From the human T2T-CHM13v2.0 reference genome, Homo sapiens, in assembly GCF_009914755.1 (NCBI RefSeq), contig NC_060931.1: a stretch of DNA of 64,000 bases; one strand, 5' to 3'. Both the position numbers and the translations under genes were made by a program. This document shows positions 1 to 14,015 of the stretch, in pieces. Position 1 is the stretch's first letter. Every line of letters begins with the position of its first letter. The notes under the pieces are model-generated. The model saw nothing but the letters and a program-made list of their open reading frames with translations. It did no database searches and had not been told where the DNA came from.

Positions 1-55
1 ATTTAACTAACATTTCAGAGCATCTACCTTGGGCAGGGCTCTGTGTCAAGGGTCA

Positions 56-454
<399 letters not shown>

Positions 455-599
455 TGACTCTTCTATCATATGCCACCCATCAAGAGGCAAAAAAAAAGTG
501 AAGGTGATTCGAAATGATTATTTCAATAATATCCTTTCTATATTCAAATATTTTATCCATTTCTGTAATACCCAAAACCCTTTTAGTTATGCTGAAGGA

Positions 600-1690
600 A
601 AGTGTTTTATTCATTGCAAATTCTTGTTGCACAACAACTATGTACAAGGAAGCTTCTGGGCACATGGGATGCATCCCTGAACAAAATGGACAAAAATTTC
701 TACCCTCATGGAGATTACGTTCTTAACTGATGGAGGCAGGCAGTAAGCAATAACCATAATGAGCTAGTAAATTATATATTATGTTAAAAGGTAATGTGGG
801 TTAGAGAAAAATGAAATAGCCAAGGGTAAGTGGGATTTGGAGTTCAGAAGGGAAGAGGGACAGGTTGTCAATTTAAATAGGATGGGCAGAGCAGGCCTCA
901 CTGAGGATCTGTGAGCACTTTTTCAGATGGAAGAACCTTTCAGCAGGGTGGACAGCTGGTGCCCGGCCCTAAGGTGGGAGCAGAAAGGAGGTCACTGTTG
1001 CTGAGCTGAGTGAGCAAAAGGGAAAACAGGAGGAAACGAGTCAGAAAGAGAAGCAGGGAATTTGGGGCAGGGTGTGCAGATTACGTAGGGCCTGGGAGTC
1101 CACTCTAAGAACTCCAGCTTTACTCAGTGTGAAATGGAGAGTGCCTGGAGGCTTGTGGGCAGAGAAGTGATATAACGAGGCTTGGATTTTAAAAGGAGCC
1201 CTCAGGTTGCTGTGTTGAGAACATACTTCAGGGGGCAAGAGTAGAGGCCAAGAGACCAACTAGGAGACATTAAAGCATCTGACTGAAGTCATCCAGGTAA
1301 GAGACCACGCTAGCCCAGACCAGTGTGGGAGCAAGCAGGTAGGGAAATGGCTGGATTCTGGATACCATGGGTTTTCCTGGCAGATTGGATGGGGGAAACA
1401 TGACAAAAGAGAAAAGGTCTGGAGGATGCCAAGGTTTTTAGTCTAAGCAGCTGGAAGGCTGAAGTTGCCAGTTACTGAGACAGGGAGAATGTGGGTGCAG
1501 CTAATTTGCAGTGCTGAATTCAGGAGTTCGGGTGTGGTCAGGTTTAATTTGAGATGTCTAATTAGCCCTTGAAGTGGAGGGGTTGAGTAGGTAGAGACGT
1601 GGGCCTGGAGGCTAGGAGGGGGGCCTGAACTGCAGGTGTGAATTTGGGAGGTAGCTCCCTCTGAAAGCCATGAGGCTAAACAAAACCACA
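600..1690 (-). mobile_element. L2 (L2a-like) 3' region, degraded
   Basis: Resembles reverse complement of the L2 3' end (ctaccctcatggag..., gttgccagttactgagacaggg..., aatttgggag). Confidence 0.75.
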
Positions 1691-1805
1691 ATGGGGCTTG
1701 TGATGTCTGGCAAAAGCTGGTGAAAACCAACTGCTCATTCAATTGGAGAATTTCATTTTCCCAAACAAGTGAAATGACTAAGAGCAAAAGATCGTTTGAC
1801 AATTA

Positions 1806-2140
1806 CAGTCATCCCTCAGAATCTGTAGAGGTTCCAGGATGCCCAACGATACCAAAATCCATGGATGTTCAAGTCACTGATATAAATGGTGTAGTATTTG
1901 CATTTCACCTACACACACACTCGTGTACACTTTAAATAAACTCTAGATTACTTATATTACTTAATACAAGACCTAGATTTCACTTCATTCACATAGATTA
2001 AAGGTAGTACTCGGTGTGGGCCAAATACACGTTTTGCTTTTTGGAATTCTATGGATTTTTTTTTTAATATTTTCAATCCACAGATTGTGGATTTGGTTGA
2101 GTTCACAGATGCAGAACCACGGATACAGAGGGACAACCAC
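1806..2140 (+). mobile_element. MER2/MER2B TcMar-Tigger MITE
   Basis: Terminal inverted repeats CAGTCATCCCTCAGAATC ... GGATACAGAGGGACAAC, preceded by TA; internal MER2-like motifs. Confidence 0.8.
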
Positions 2141-3834
2141 ATTTATTTTTAAAGGACCCCAGAAAGAAAAAAAATCAGGGTAGAAACTTCCATTTTTAAA
2201 TTAATTTTTCTCTGTCACAGTTATAGCTTTTGACCAGAGGCCGCAGGCCTCTGCACAGAAAATTCACAAATGTTTGGGTAAAAAGCAAGAATGGAATTTC
2301 TCATGTGCATGAAAATATGCACACAGACAAAACCAGAAGGTGCAGCAGAAACCCAGAGGCCACGCTCTTTATTCCCGCCCCTGGGAGAGTAGTTCACGCC
2401 CACAGAGCTGTCCCAGCTTCCAGCAGCCCTGGACATAAGGACAGAGGGAGATACAGGGCTCCTCGGTGAAAGAGACTCCCAGGTATTCCTTATGTAAGCT
2501 CAATTGCACTGGCAGATATTTACATAAAAATGGCTATCCTTTTGGAATCTACCATCTTTACCATCAGGAATTGGGAGGCAGAGGCCCTCCTGCTACTATA
2601 ATCTCAAAATTGTACAAACGTTTGATTTGTGAGGTTACCAGTGCTGTGTCTTTCATTACTTTATTCTTTCAATGAGTAGCTATGGAAAGCCATTGCAGCT
2701 CCATCCACACACAAAGTGGGCAGTGAGCCTGCCCTGCCAAGAGGCAGCTGCTGTCTGTTTTGGGGAAGGCTCCCGCATCTTTGCTCAGCAGGGAGTCACC
2801 TTCTCTCTTTTGCCTCCCACTGGCCACCTCTGCAACCTGCTCACACAACCAATTGAAACTTTCTGGCAAGACATGAAATGTGCTCTCAGGAACTCGCTCT
2901 GTTGCTGCAGTTGGGGACAGCTACTGTATGCATTTGCTTCATCCCCCCGAGTCACAGGCACTGCAGTGTGAAGGATGCTGCGCTGCACGGCCACGCAATT
3001 AGATCCCCACGGTCTTCAGCTTTGCACCCTTCCCCAGTGGGCACTTGGTTGCTTCCTTCCCTCCACAGTGCTTCAGTTGCTAAGTATCAGAATGATTTCT
3101 CCTTTTTTAGCCAAATCACACAAGCCTAGGTGTGTAAGACTCAAAAATACAGATATTGTCTGACAGTGAACCAATCTCTTCTTGCTTCCAGACTTGAAAT
3201 TCCCCCATAAGTATAGATAGGAGACCCATGTGTCCTACACTTCCACAAGCCAGTCCTCTCTTTCTAAGCAGTTCTCCAAGAAAATTCTAATTCTGCCGGC
3301 ATCAATGCGGCTGCTGTTATTGCTCATAAAGCTATCCATGGGACTCTGTGGCAGGCGCCTTTACTAAGCTCTGTAATTAATTCTTGGAAAGCCATAGAAG
3401 GAGCTTGTTCAGAGCACTGTTAAATCAAAAGCAGCCTTCCTGTTGGCCTGCTCAGATGGAGCTCTGGTATGTTAAAACAGATCACGAACCAGGCTGAAGA
3501 AATCGAACAATCATTCATTCCTCCAGCAGTAGAATCTATGTGCCACCCAAGATATGAATAACATGTGTGGGCCATACACAGATGCAGAGGTCACTGCTCC
3601 CCAGACACATGGAGATACCATGGAACATGAACTTTAACTATTGGCCAAGCACTGGTTTGCTGTATGTGATTTTCTTTAACTCATTTGTTGGCTTGATTGG
3701 TCATGGACTCTGAGGTTGTTCTATAAAAACATTTCAGGAAGATGTGTGGGTGTGACATGTATCATGTAGCCAGAGGCAGACAAGTCAAGCTGGTTGGTGG
3801 GCCCTGGTTTATATGCATGAGCTCTGACTGGATA

Positions 3835-3965
3835 ATAATAATAGTAAAAGCTACAATTTATTGAGTGCCAGCTGTGTTTCAGCAGTGTTTGACCTTTTTG
3901 CATACATTCTCCCAAGAGCTCTAAAAGGACAGAGTGATTGTCTCTATTGTACAGATTGAAGCCCA
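3835..3965 (-). mobile_element. MIR fragment
   Basis: agctacaatttattgagtgcc...attgtacagattgaag resembles MIR core in reverse. Confidence 0.6.
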
Positions 3966-4204
3966 CTGTTATGTTTGGTTGTTAAAATGCTTACACTATA
4001 TTAAAATGTTGTCATGTGCCACAAATGGCTTCATGAGAATGCAGTAGACTACAACTTTCTTTCTCTGTGCCTAAATAAAACTGCTTCCACAAAAGAATGG
4101 TGTCTTATACACATTAAAGGCTAAATAAATGTGCTTATTGACTCAGTGAAACTCACACTTATTCACTCATTTTGAAAGAAGATATGCCATTTCCCTATAT
4201 AGCA

Positions 4205-4430
4205 GAACTGGGAGTAATTTTGCCCACCACCAGCTCCCCGCAAGACATTTGGCAATGTCTGGAGTCATTTTTCATTATCACAACTTGGGGAGTTTTTGCT
4301 ACTGCCATCTAGTCAGTAAAACCAAGGATGCTGCTAAACATTCTGTAATGTCCAGGACAGCTCTCCTACCCAACCCCCAAAAAAAGTACACAGCTCAAAA
4401 TGCCAGTGGTGGTGATCTTGAGAAATCCTG
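4205..4430 (+). mobile_element. MER20 hAT-Charlie DNA transposon
   Basis: gacatttggcaatgtctggag...ggatgctgctaaacattct...ttgagaaatcctg, characteristic of MER20. Confidence 0.85.
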
Positions 4431-5694
4431 ATCTATACAGACAAGGTCAACCAATAGATCATCATTTGTTTATTGATATTTACATCATAAAACATCAAAT
4501 TAATAAAAGAAAATGGTTAATCCCATAGCAGCTGATAGTAAACTGCATACTAGAACTAGCCAAAGATGTGTTATTTACATTGCAAAATCCAGAAGAGAAT
4601 TTTGCACTAAGACTAATACCACATACCTTAGGTTGAGAGATTTCTGACAAAGATTGAGATGCCAAGCCCAATCTTGTGTATGGGAATTACTTTTGAGCTA
4701 TCACGTGAAAGGAGAATTTAGTCAATATGCTGGTATAAAAATTGGCTGCCCCCTAAGGCCTGGAACTTTACCACAGGGAGAGCTCCCCAGCACAGAGCAC
4801 ACATGGAGGTTCTACAGAGGCTAAGTCCTATGCAAGATAAGACTGCATTTTTAAAACATATGAGGTAGGCAATGCCAAGAAAGACACTCTATAGCCTCAA
4901 CAAACAGGAAAATTCAAACCTAAGGAACTAAAGCTAAAAGAACAATGTCTGTAACTTTAAAAAAATTAAATAAGTATTTTAAAGCGTTTACAGAGATAAA
5001 AAGCTATATTATAAAAATAACGTGGTATTATGAAATCAGAACAGGTAGATTTGAAAAACAAAGATTCTACCATTTAAGAATAGTCATTGAAAGAATAAAT
5101 TCAATAGATGAGTTAAAATAGCAGGTCAGATCGTATTAAAGATAAACTTAGTGAATTAGGAGAGAATCTGAAGAAATTACCTTGAGTATAGCCAAGAGAG
5201 ATGAAGACATCAAAAATATAAAACAAAAATTAAAAGACATGAAGGATAGATTAAATAACTGTATTTGTTAACTATTAGAACACAAAGATTCTCAGATTTG
5301 ATTTAAAACCAAAATTTGGCCATGTGCTATTTACAAGAAAGATACTCCTAAAATGATCCAGAAAGGCTGAAACAAAAAGAACGAAAGAAGAAATCCTAGG
5401 CAAATAATAATCAACAGAAAACTAGTGTGGAATATTAATATTAATAAAAATATAATTCAAGGTGAAAATAAATGGGAATGGAGAGACATTACTGATAGGA
5501 GCAACCCATCACAAAAAAATTCTACCAACAATTACTTTCATTTACTTAATAAATGTACTTGAAATATATAAAATGAAAATAGAGTTACCAGGAGAAATTG
5601 ACAAAACTACAGTAGGACTGGGAGATTCTAATATGCTTCTCTTAAAATCTGAGTGATTAAGCAGCCAGAAGCTATGTAAAGAGTAAATGATATG

Positions 5695-6010
<316 letters not shown>

Positions 6011-6054
6011 ACCAGAATCAATCATATGAATAACACTATTGACAGGCTTAGTCT

Positions 6055-6220
6055 ACACACACACACGTATAAATATTTGTGGGTATACATATATTTCATA
6101 TATATATGTATATACACACGCATATAATGTGTGCATACATATAAAAATGATGGTCTATAGATTTTATACATACACACACATATGTAGCTTGTTGTATAAT
6201 ATATAATATCATATGTATGT
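6055..6220. repeat. Degenerate (CA)n/(TA)n microsatellite
   Basis: Alternating purine-pyrimidine runs visible directly. Confidence 0.85.
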
Positions 6221-6676
6221 TTTACAGAGATAGAATCAGGTACCAAAAAATTCCACTCATGAGGAATTTACATTTATAAAATATGAACCTTTCCCAAATC
6301 AGAAGGAAATTTTAACCAGTTCCAAAGAACTGATTATCATACAGACTATGTTCTCCATTCACAGTAATATAAAAATTATAATCCAACAGTACAAATGAGA
6401 GCAAAAAAATTTTTAATTTTTTGGAAATGAAAAAATACACATATAAATAATTCATGGATTAAGGAACTCATACTATTTTATTAATTGTTTTTGTCACTTA
6501 ATCTATCGTAAACATTTCTCTTATATCTTTAAAAACTGTTCTACAATGTAACTTTTAGAGTAGCATGATATTCCAACATATGGATGTCATATAATTTATT
6601 TAACCAGTTCCTTATTTGGGCACATTTATATTATTCTCAACTTTTTGCTATTATCATAATGCTATAATAAAGATGA

Positions 6677-6974
6677 GGCCAGGTGCAATGTCTCACACCT
6701 GTAATCCCTGCACCTTAGGAGGCCAAGGAAGGTGGATCACTTGAGGTCAGGAGTTCGAGACCAGCCTGGCCAACATAGTGAAACCGCATCTCTACTAAAA
6801 ATACAAAAATTATCCAGGCATGATGGCAGGTGCCTGTAATCCCAGCTACTCAACAGGCTGAGGTGGGAGCATGGCTTGAACCCGGGAGGCAGAGGTTACA
6901 GTGAGCCGAGATCATGCAACTGCACTCCAGCCTGGGTGACAGAGACAGACTCTGTCTCACAAAAAAAGAAAGAA
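6677..6974 (+). mobile_element. Alu (AluS-type)
   Basis: Full dimer with A-rich tail. Confidence 0.95.
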
Positions 6975-7699
6975 GTAATATTTTTACTTCATCGTACACA
7001 AATGTATTTTACACCATTAAGTTCTTTCTGTTTCTTAATTAGAATGTTCCCAATTGGAAAACAGTTGTACAATACTTCATTCTAAAGGAAGAAGAGCCAT
7101 AAAAAGAGAAAAAAAAAATAAGAAGAAACCCTGCATTTTAGATCTTCCTAGAGATAGCAAGTTGCTCCAGGAAAAGACCAAACCAGGTGATAAAGGTTTG
7201 TGTCACCATTTCAAAAAGAATAAAGAAAAGGGCAGTACAGACACTGCATTATCAGACGCCACCATTATAATTTGTGGATCTCACACATCAATATGTAAAT
7301 AACAGAGGCCAAGCTATTTCCTCCGCAGGTTGCCTGTAAATTGAAGTAAAAACTGTATTACTAAAGCCAGGCAAGCTAGAACAACACAGATTATAAGTCA
7401 AACAATGATATGAGTTCATTTAACACTGAGAAAACAAGCGTTTCTAGATAACTACATATCATGCAAGACAAACAATTCTAGAAACGGGAAATAAATGGGT
7501 GAGGCAAAATGAAAAGGAAGAAAATTGGATGAAATTCATCAGGACTAAAAATATTGGCAGTTTCAGGGTAGAGGTATTAGCTGAGCAATAAGGTGAGAGA
7601 AATTGCCACAAGTCTACATTGCCTGCACTCGGAGGGAGGCCACAGGGAGTGCCTGTTAAGAGCTCTGACTGGCTTCAAACTGCCTTGGCTGGATTTTGG

Positions 7700-7880
7700 T
7701 GGTAGCAGTGGGTGGCCTTGGCCAAATTTTCCAAGCCCTGATTTTCTTATCACTAAGGTAGACAGCTTCTACCTCATAAGGATGCTATGAGGATGAAATG
7801 CAAAAAAAACAAAGTAAATAAAGGGCCTAGCCCAGTGTCTAGTACATTTGTATGTGCTCATTAATCATTAGCAATAGTAA
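7700..7880 (+). mobile_element. MIR fragment
   Basis: ttttcttatcactaag...ctacctcataaggatgctatgaggatgaaatg...gtgctcattaa. Confidence 0.65.
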
Positions 7881-8045
7881 GTGAACTTCAAAAGATTAAG
7901 AAAAGCCAGATGGCCAGTTGAGAAACAGGAACAGGAATTAGATATTGTTACTAATCGTCTGTGATAAACTCTGTAGTTCATGTTAACACACACACACAAA
8001 AAAACACAAAAATTTGCTTCTATGAACCATTTTTAAAAGGCTCTA

Positions 8046-8358
8046 GGCCAGGCGTGGTGGCTCATGCTTATAATCCCAGCACTTTGGGAGGCCGAGGCGG
8101 GGAGATGGCTTGAGCCTAGGAGTTCAAGACCAGCCTGGGCAACATGGTGAAAACCCATCTCTACAAAAAATACAAAAATTAGCCGGGCATGGTGGTGTGC
8201 ACTGTGGTCCCAGCTACTTGGGAGGCTGAGGTGAGAGAATCACCTGAGCCCAGGAGGTCTAGGCTACAGCGACCTGTGATGATGCCACTGCACGCCAGCC
8301 TGGGTGACAGAGTGAGACCTTGTCTCAAAATAATAATAATAATAATAATAAATAAGAT
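8046..8358 (+). mobile_element. AluJ with (AAT)n tail
   Basis: J-type GCTTGAGCCTAGGAGTTC and CCTGGGCAAC; approximate TSD aaaaggctcta / aaagtgctcta. Confidence 0.92.
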
Positions 8359-11300
8359 AAAGTGCTCTAAATTTTAAATGTAAAGTGTTATAAAATCGGT
8401 GTGCAAGTTTCCAGTATAGAGTCTAGTTACTGAAGCAGATATTTAATTTATCATGACAAGACATATTGCCAAACTGAGACTGTTGGCCATGGCTGTGTGT
8501 CCACTGGCAACTTTAAGGGATGTGAGATCAGGCTGCCTGGGCATCCAGTTATGCTGTCTCTGATTGGAGGTGAACTGCATTCTTTCGAGTGGTGAGCATA
8601 TAGACCTACTCTCCATGATTTGGCAGAAAATAATAAAATTTGATTTATATTTGTCAAATGTATTCCCTTGATAATGGCTGGACACCAAAATATCGTTTTC
8701 TGAGTTTTCTTTTCAAGAATTTGGCTTTGGAATATGGAAATTCCCATGATTGAGAGTCCACTCAGCAAGAACTAATGAGCCCTGAATAATGATCACCCTC
8801 CGAGAGTTCCCCTCCACCATGTTCATAAAACCCCTCCAGTTGGCGATGGCTTCCACTGCCTTTTAGTCAGAATTCAGCCTGTCTTTATGGACCTTTTTTG
8901 ACTTCATAATTTCTCCAGGTTGTATTTTTAAAAGTCTTATTCACCTACAAAATGAACCAACAGATAAGCATCTTTTCCTTTTCAAAAGCAAGTCTGGTCT
9001 CTTTGTTCACAAATTCCAAATATACTAGTCCTAGAAATTATGCATGGGCAAGATTTGTACTTCCAGAGAATTTTACTTTCAAACAAGGTGAACTGTCAAA
9101 CTGTGAATGCAGCTTGTGGAGTGAATGTCTCCCCGAGAAGGAGGCTCCTTTCCTTGAGGGGAAGGGAAGTGGCTGGTCTGGGGCTTTCTCATTGGCCCCT
9201 GGATGCGGTTTTGCACCTCTGGTTAGAGGCTGGCTGCTTTGTCTTGTCAGAGAGACGTATCATCTGTTTTAATGCTGACCTGTAATGTTTTATTCACATT
9301 GTAAATCTTTTATCGCCTGTGACTCCTGTGAGATTTCCCCTTTTGTTATTATTTTTTTTCTTATTGGTATTGATTCTCAATTTTGCCAAAGGGTTAGGAA
9401 ACCTACTGCCCTGTTGGCATGATTGCAAAGAATCTGACTGCTGTTTTCCTCCCCACAAAAGAAGTATCTGTAGCCATTTAATTACGTAGTTTATTTTTAA
9501 AGCATGAATGAAAGAACCAGGGATCATATTTCACTTAAATTCAGCTCAGCATGTTCTCAGAACATTAAACATTCTCAATTCTTTCAGTTATTGAAACGGG
9601 TGTCCTTGTCTGAAAGCAAATGAGTGCATTTGGTTTTACCCAGTCTAATGTCACAGATTTTATTGTATGCTGTTTTCTTTTGTCAGCTAGAAATAGAGTC
9701 CATAACCTCAAACACTGTCAAAAAGAAATAAATATACTCCGTGGGAAAAATAATAACTCTTAGACATTTCAGCTGCAGAATAAATCCCTTCCGTCGGACA
9801 CAGCCTGCATATAATGGGAACCCCAAACTGCCTTGAATGCCCTAACAGAAGCTCTCCTGCATTTATAGAGAATACCAAGGTGTTCCCTGGCAATTGAATG
9901 TTAGTACAATAGAAAAGTGTTATTCATAGGTAACAACAAAAAAGGGTCGGCAGGGATATGTCTAACAATTCATGTTGTCACAGGCCAAAATAAGCGTATG
10001 TATCCAGAGAGAGCTGACCATTTAGATTAGAGAGAGATGTTTCTTCAAAGGAGAAGACCTGTTCTGGGTCATTCTGAGGTCCAGAGCTCATGGTGCTCTC
10101 TGCTCCACAAACACTTTCCATTCGCCCTCCTCCCCGCCATCTGTGGACTTCCACCGCCATCAGGAGCTTCCACCTTTCTAGAAGTCTGAAGCTTTAACAC
10201 TCCAGTTTTCTGCATGGTACTGCAGCCAATCTCAAAGGATTCTTCAGTGGAGGGAACTGGAGGGAGGAAACCTGCAGGAAAGAAGCTGAATCCTGCTGAA
10301 GAAGAAGAGGTTGCTTTCTGTACATGGAAAGGAAATTGTTGATCCAGTCTTTCACTGTTCAATTCCACCCCAAGAAACAGACTCAGATCTTGGGCTCTCT
10401 GGGAACGGTGGAAGTTTCACAGTGTGGCCTACGGCTCCCCACTCCTTCTGGGTCTCCTTCAAACACATACCCACCCTCCCCATTCTACAGTGCTGCAGTG
10501 GAGAAGTGGAGAGTTATTTGGCCTGTGACAGGGAGCTGACTCAGATGCCCACTCCACATCTTCAGCACTACCTGGATGGCAGAAAACACCAGGGCACCCC
10601 TACTTTGGGTCAACGCCAACTGCTCTGCCAGCCTGAAGAAGCTCTGGCCCTTCCATAAAGGGAAAAGGGTGGGTTCTTGAATTTATAGTGGAGCCACACA
10701 AATCCGGACTGCACTAGAAAAACAAGCAAGAATGTCTCTACCCACGTCTACCAGACAGATGTGGCTCCAAATGTGTCAATCAAAGCCACAGAAGTGCTGG
10801 GGTAGAGGCATTATGATGCCTTCAAGCTGCTTAGGCAGAAGTGATGCTTTCCTGGGTTTTGCAAATTTTTTGTAACTTAACTGCCCTCAAGCCTCAGCAG
10901 CTTAACTGAAGGTTAACATTAATGCTGAGCCCGGGAGACCTGTTAGGCTTCACCTGCCCACCGAAGGACCTCATATCCTCCCGTCTCCACGGTTATTTCT
11001 GGAAATCTGTTATGAGTGCCACATTTGCTAGAAACAAATCCAACTGCGTTCTCCAGGGTGTGGCCTCCTTGCAGGAGCCTGTGAGCCCCTGGAGAGAGGC
11101 GTCACGTCTTGGTCTCAGCTGCTGTGGCCCTGATAAGAACACTCTCTCTGCCATGCTATTGGGCATGACAGGCATCACCATCACTCTTCAGTCCACCAGA
11201 TGCTGAGATACTAGCCCTGCTTTCCTTGCGGAAACCGAGAGATGCCCACTTCTCCCACTTAGGACTTACCCCTTGCAAGGATCCACATTGAGAAACAACC

Positions 11301-11379
11301 CCTTTCACGTCTTCCTGCACCCACTCTCTCTATACAAGTCTCTGAAGCCCTGGGACTTTCGTGAGGATGGGAGTGGCCT

Positions 11380-11525
11380 GGGAGCTCGTTAGAAAGGGAG
11401 ATCCCTACATCCCACCCCTAGAGATCCTGATTCAGTAGTTTTGATGAAGGGCCAGGGAATCTGCTTTGAAACGAGTTCCTAGATGATTCTGAAGCAGGTA
11501 GTCTGGATGACACCTTGAAAAAAGT
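11380..11525. mobile_element. MER5 hAT-Charlie MITE fragment
   Basis: ctgggagctcgttagaaa...gatcctgattcagtag...ccagggaatctgc...gatgattctga. Confidence 0.7.
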
Positions 11526-12149
11526 GGGAAGAGACTACATAATGAGGAGTAACACACATTCAGTTTCATAAAGAGAGGAGCCAGAGAACATTTGGGGAAA
11601 CTCCATAATAAACAATGTGGCCAGTAAAAATGGCTAGTACATACAGGGCTAAGAGAATACGAAAAACATTAGAATAGCAATAGGTTGTGAGGAATCACAA
11701 TCTAGGGACTGCACAGGAAATCAACCCTACACCACCCCTCTTAGCCTCTTTCCACCCAAAGATACGGGCTCCAGGAAAGAATCCCCCAGCTACCTTTTCC
11801 TATTCACCGTGTTCTTAATTGACCAAGCTGCCCAAATACGGCAAGCAGAAAAGTAGTATCTACTGGGATGCTCCATCCTATGAAGGGGGAAATAACCAGT
11901 TTAATACCAAGCAGTTCGGACCTGGCATTTCTATACGTCTTTTCACCTTGTGCTAGAACCTTAGCTATTTGTGCTGCTAGCCCTCCACGGCCACACCCTC
12001 ATCCCACCCTCCACTTCCTGGCACTCTTCAATCTATCTTGTCCACTCCTAGAGTAAAGAATGGGCTTGAGAAAACAGGCCTGAGAGAAGGAAAAAAGGAG
12101 TGGGTTTGGGAGGATTTGCGTTATTCCAAATCCCAGAGTAGATTAAATG

Positions 12150-12935
12150 TATTGAAGTCATTTTTTATCTCTATCAGTCCCGAACGAGTACAGTGATGCA
12201 CAGCTCTCCTCCACTCCTCTTGCTTTGTGATGGACATTGTAATTGACCCCCCAACATCCACTCACCCCCATGATTGGCTGAGGCCAATCAGCCCATGGGA
12301 CCTGTCTGGTCACTGTCCAAACTGTGTCCAACGCCCAGCCCCAGTAGAAATATAATGCAAGCCACATATGCAATTTAAAATTTTCTAGTAGCCACATTTT
12401 TAAAAGTACAAAGAAACAGGTAAAATTAATTTTAGAAATATATTTAGGTAATTCAATACCATATACCCAAAATGTTATGTAAACACAGAATCAATAAAAA
12501 AATTATTGAGATATTTTACATTCCTTTTTTCATACTAAGTCTTCAAAATTTAGTTGTGTTGTTTATACTTACAGAACACCTCAATTTGGAATAGGCACAT
12601 TTCAAGTCCTTGATAACCACATACGGCCATAACTGACAGTGTAGGACTTTAATTCTATGTTTTAGAGTGAGGAAAAGAGCATTCTTTCTTTTCCCCCTCT
12701 TTTTTTAAGCTATGAATGAGGAAGCATATTGCCCCATGGCTGCTTACAGCCATCTTATGACCATGAAGTGATCCAGACTGGATCCTGGGTCCTTGATCAC
12801 ATAACTAAGCTTTGCTACTCCAGAGTCTGCTTGCCTCTGAACTCCCAGTGATAAGACATGATTCATTTCTCTATAGTTTAAGCCATTTTGAGTCTGATTT
12901 TCTGTTAAACGCATCAGAAAATGTGCTAATCTACA
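12150..12935 (+). mobile_element. MLT1 (K/L-like) MaLR LTR interrupted by MER33
   Basis: gattggctgaggccaatcagc; cagccatcttatgaccatg; gtttaagccattttgagtctgattttctgtt 3' motif. Confidence 0.6.
12335..12645. mobile_element. MER33 hAT-Charlie element
   Basis: tagaaatataatgcaagccacatatgcaatttaaaattttctagtagccacatt, characteristic of MER33. Confidence 0.85.
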
Positions 12936-13428
12936 TACCCCTCCCATCCGTATTGTAGCCACAAAGAAGTATTTCCAGCCCTTGTGATGAGTTTTCTTGT
13001 TATATCAAATAAGTAGACACCAGCCAAACACGTTTCTCACCCAGGCTACAAATTGAGAGAACCAGTGAAACTCTAAGTCTCCTATTTCCTTGAACAGTTA
13101 CTACTGTCTTCACCTTTGTTTGAATCCTATGGCAGTGGATCTACTCTTAATGAAGTTAAGGCAGTACTTTATATTAGATATTTTAGAAGCAAAAGAGTAG
13201 ACTGATTTCCTTTAAGTACTGTGTTTCAAACAAAATGATTAGGTCTTGGATATAGACCTAATCACAATGAAACAAAATTATTTGAGTCCAAAATACAATC
13301 AGTTAGTGAAAACTTGATGTGGTTATATAAACAGGAAAAGCCTCTCCAAAATCTCAGACGTGGGAAATGCATGGAACTCTGAAACTGAAATATGAGCAGT
13401 AGGCAAGTATCTAATGAGGGTCCCTTAC

Positions 13429-13465
13429 CTGGGGTGGAATGTTGCCAACTGCTCACTGATTCTTC
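13429..13465 (-). other. Candidate 37-nt internal exon
   Basis: Minus strand reads ...taactttacag|GAAGAATCAGTGAGCAGTTGGCAACATTCCACCCCAG|gtaaggga; near-consensus donor, modest acceptor; no transcript evidence available. Confidence 0.35.
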
Positions 13466-13924
13466 CTGTAAAGTTACCAGGATAAATGCATGTAGATGGC
13501 CCTATTTAGAAAGCTCTAAAGCACTTACATTAAAAACGAGGAAAGATCTCAAATCAACAACCCAAATTTGCACCCTAAGGAACTAGATAAAGGACTAACC
13601 TCAAAGTTAGCAGAAGGAAGATAATAATAAAGATTAGAGCAGAGATAAACAAAATAAAGAATAGAAAGCCAGTATAGAAAATCAACAAAACCAAGAGTTG
13701 GTGCTTTGAAAAATTCAACAAAATTGACAAAGCTTTAGCTAGATTGACTAAGAAAAAAAGGAAGTAATATTCATAACCAAAATCAGAAATGAAAGAGGGA
13801 ACATTATAACTGATTTTACAGATATCAAAAGAATTATAAGAGAGTACTACAAACAATTGTGCAGCAACAAATTGGATAACTTATACGAAACGAATAAATT
13901 CCCAGAAGTACACAACTTATTGTA

Positions 13925-14015
13925 CTGAATCAGGAAGGAACAGAAAATCTCTGTTTCTGAATCATGAAGGAACAGAAAATCTCTGTTTCTGAATCATGAA
14001 GAAACAGAAAATCTC
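13925..14015. repeat. 32-bp tandem repeat, 2.8 copies, inside L1MB
   Basis: Unit CTGAATCA(G/T)GAAGGAACAGAAAATCTCTGTTT starting at 13925, 13957, 13989. Confidence 0.95.

Noticed and set aside
8443-9285. Cluster of 80-106 aa ORFs in unique sequence
   Set aside because: Overlapping frames on both strands with no recognisable protein similarity; within chance expectation
10561-10580. TTCAGCACTACCTGGATGG as an RE1 site
   Set aside because: Left half mismatched; spacer and right half do not fit the consensus
13925-14015. 32-bp periodic hairpin repeat as a CRISPR-like array
   Set aside because: Head-to-tail copies with no spacers, made of L1 sequence, in primate DNA
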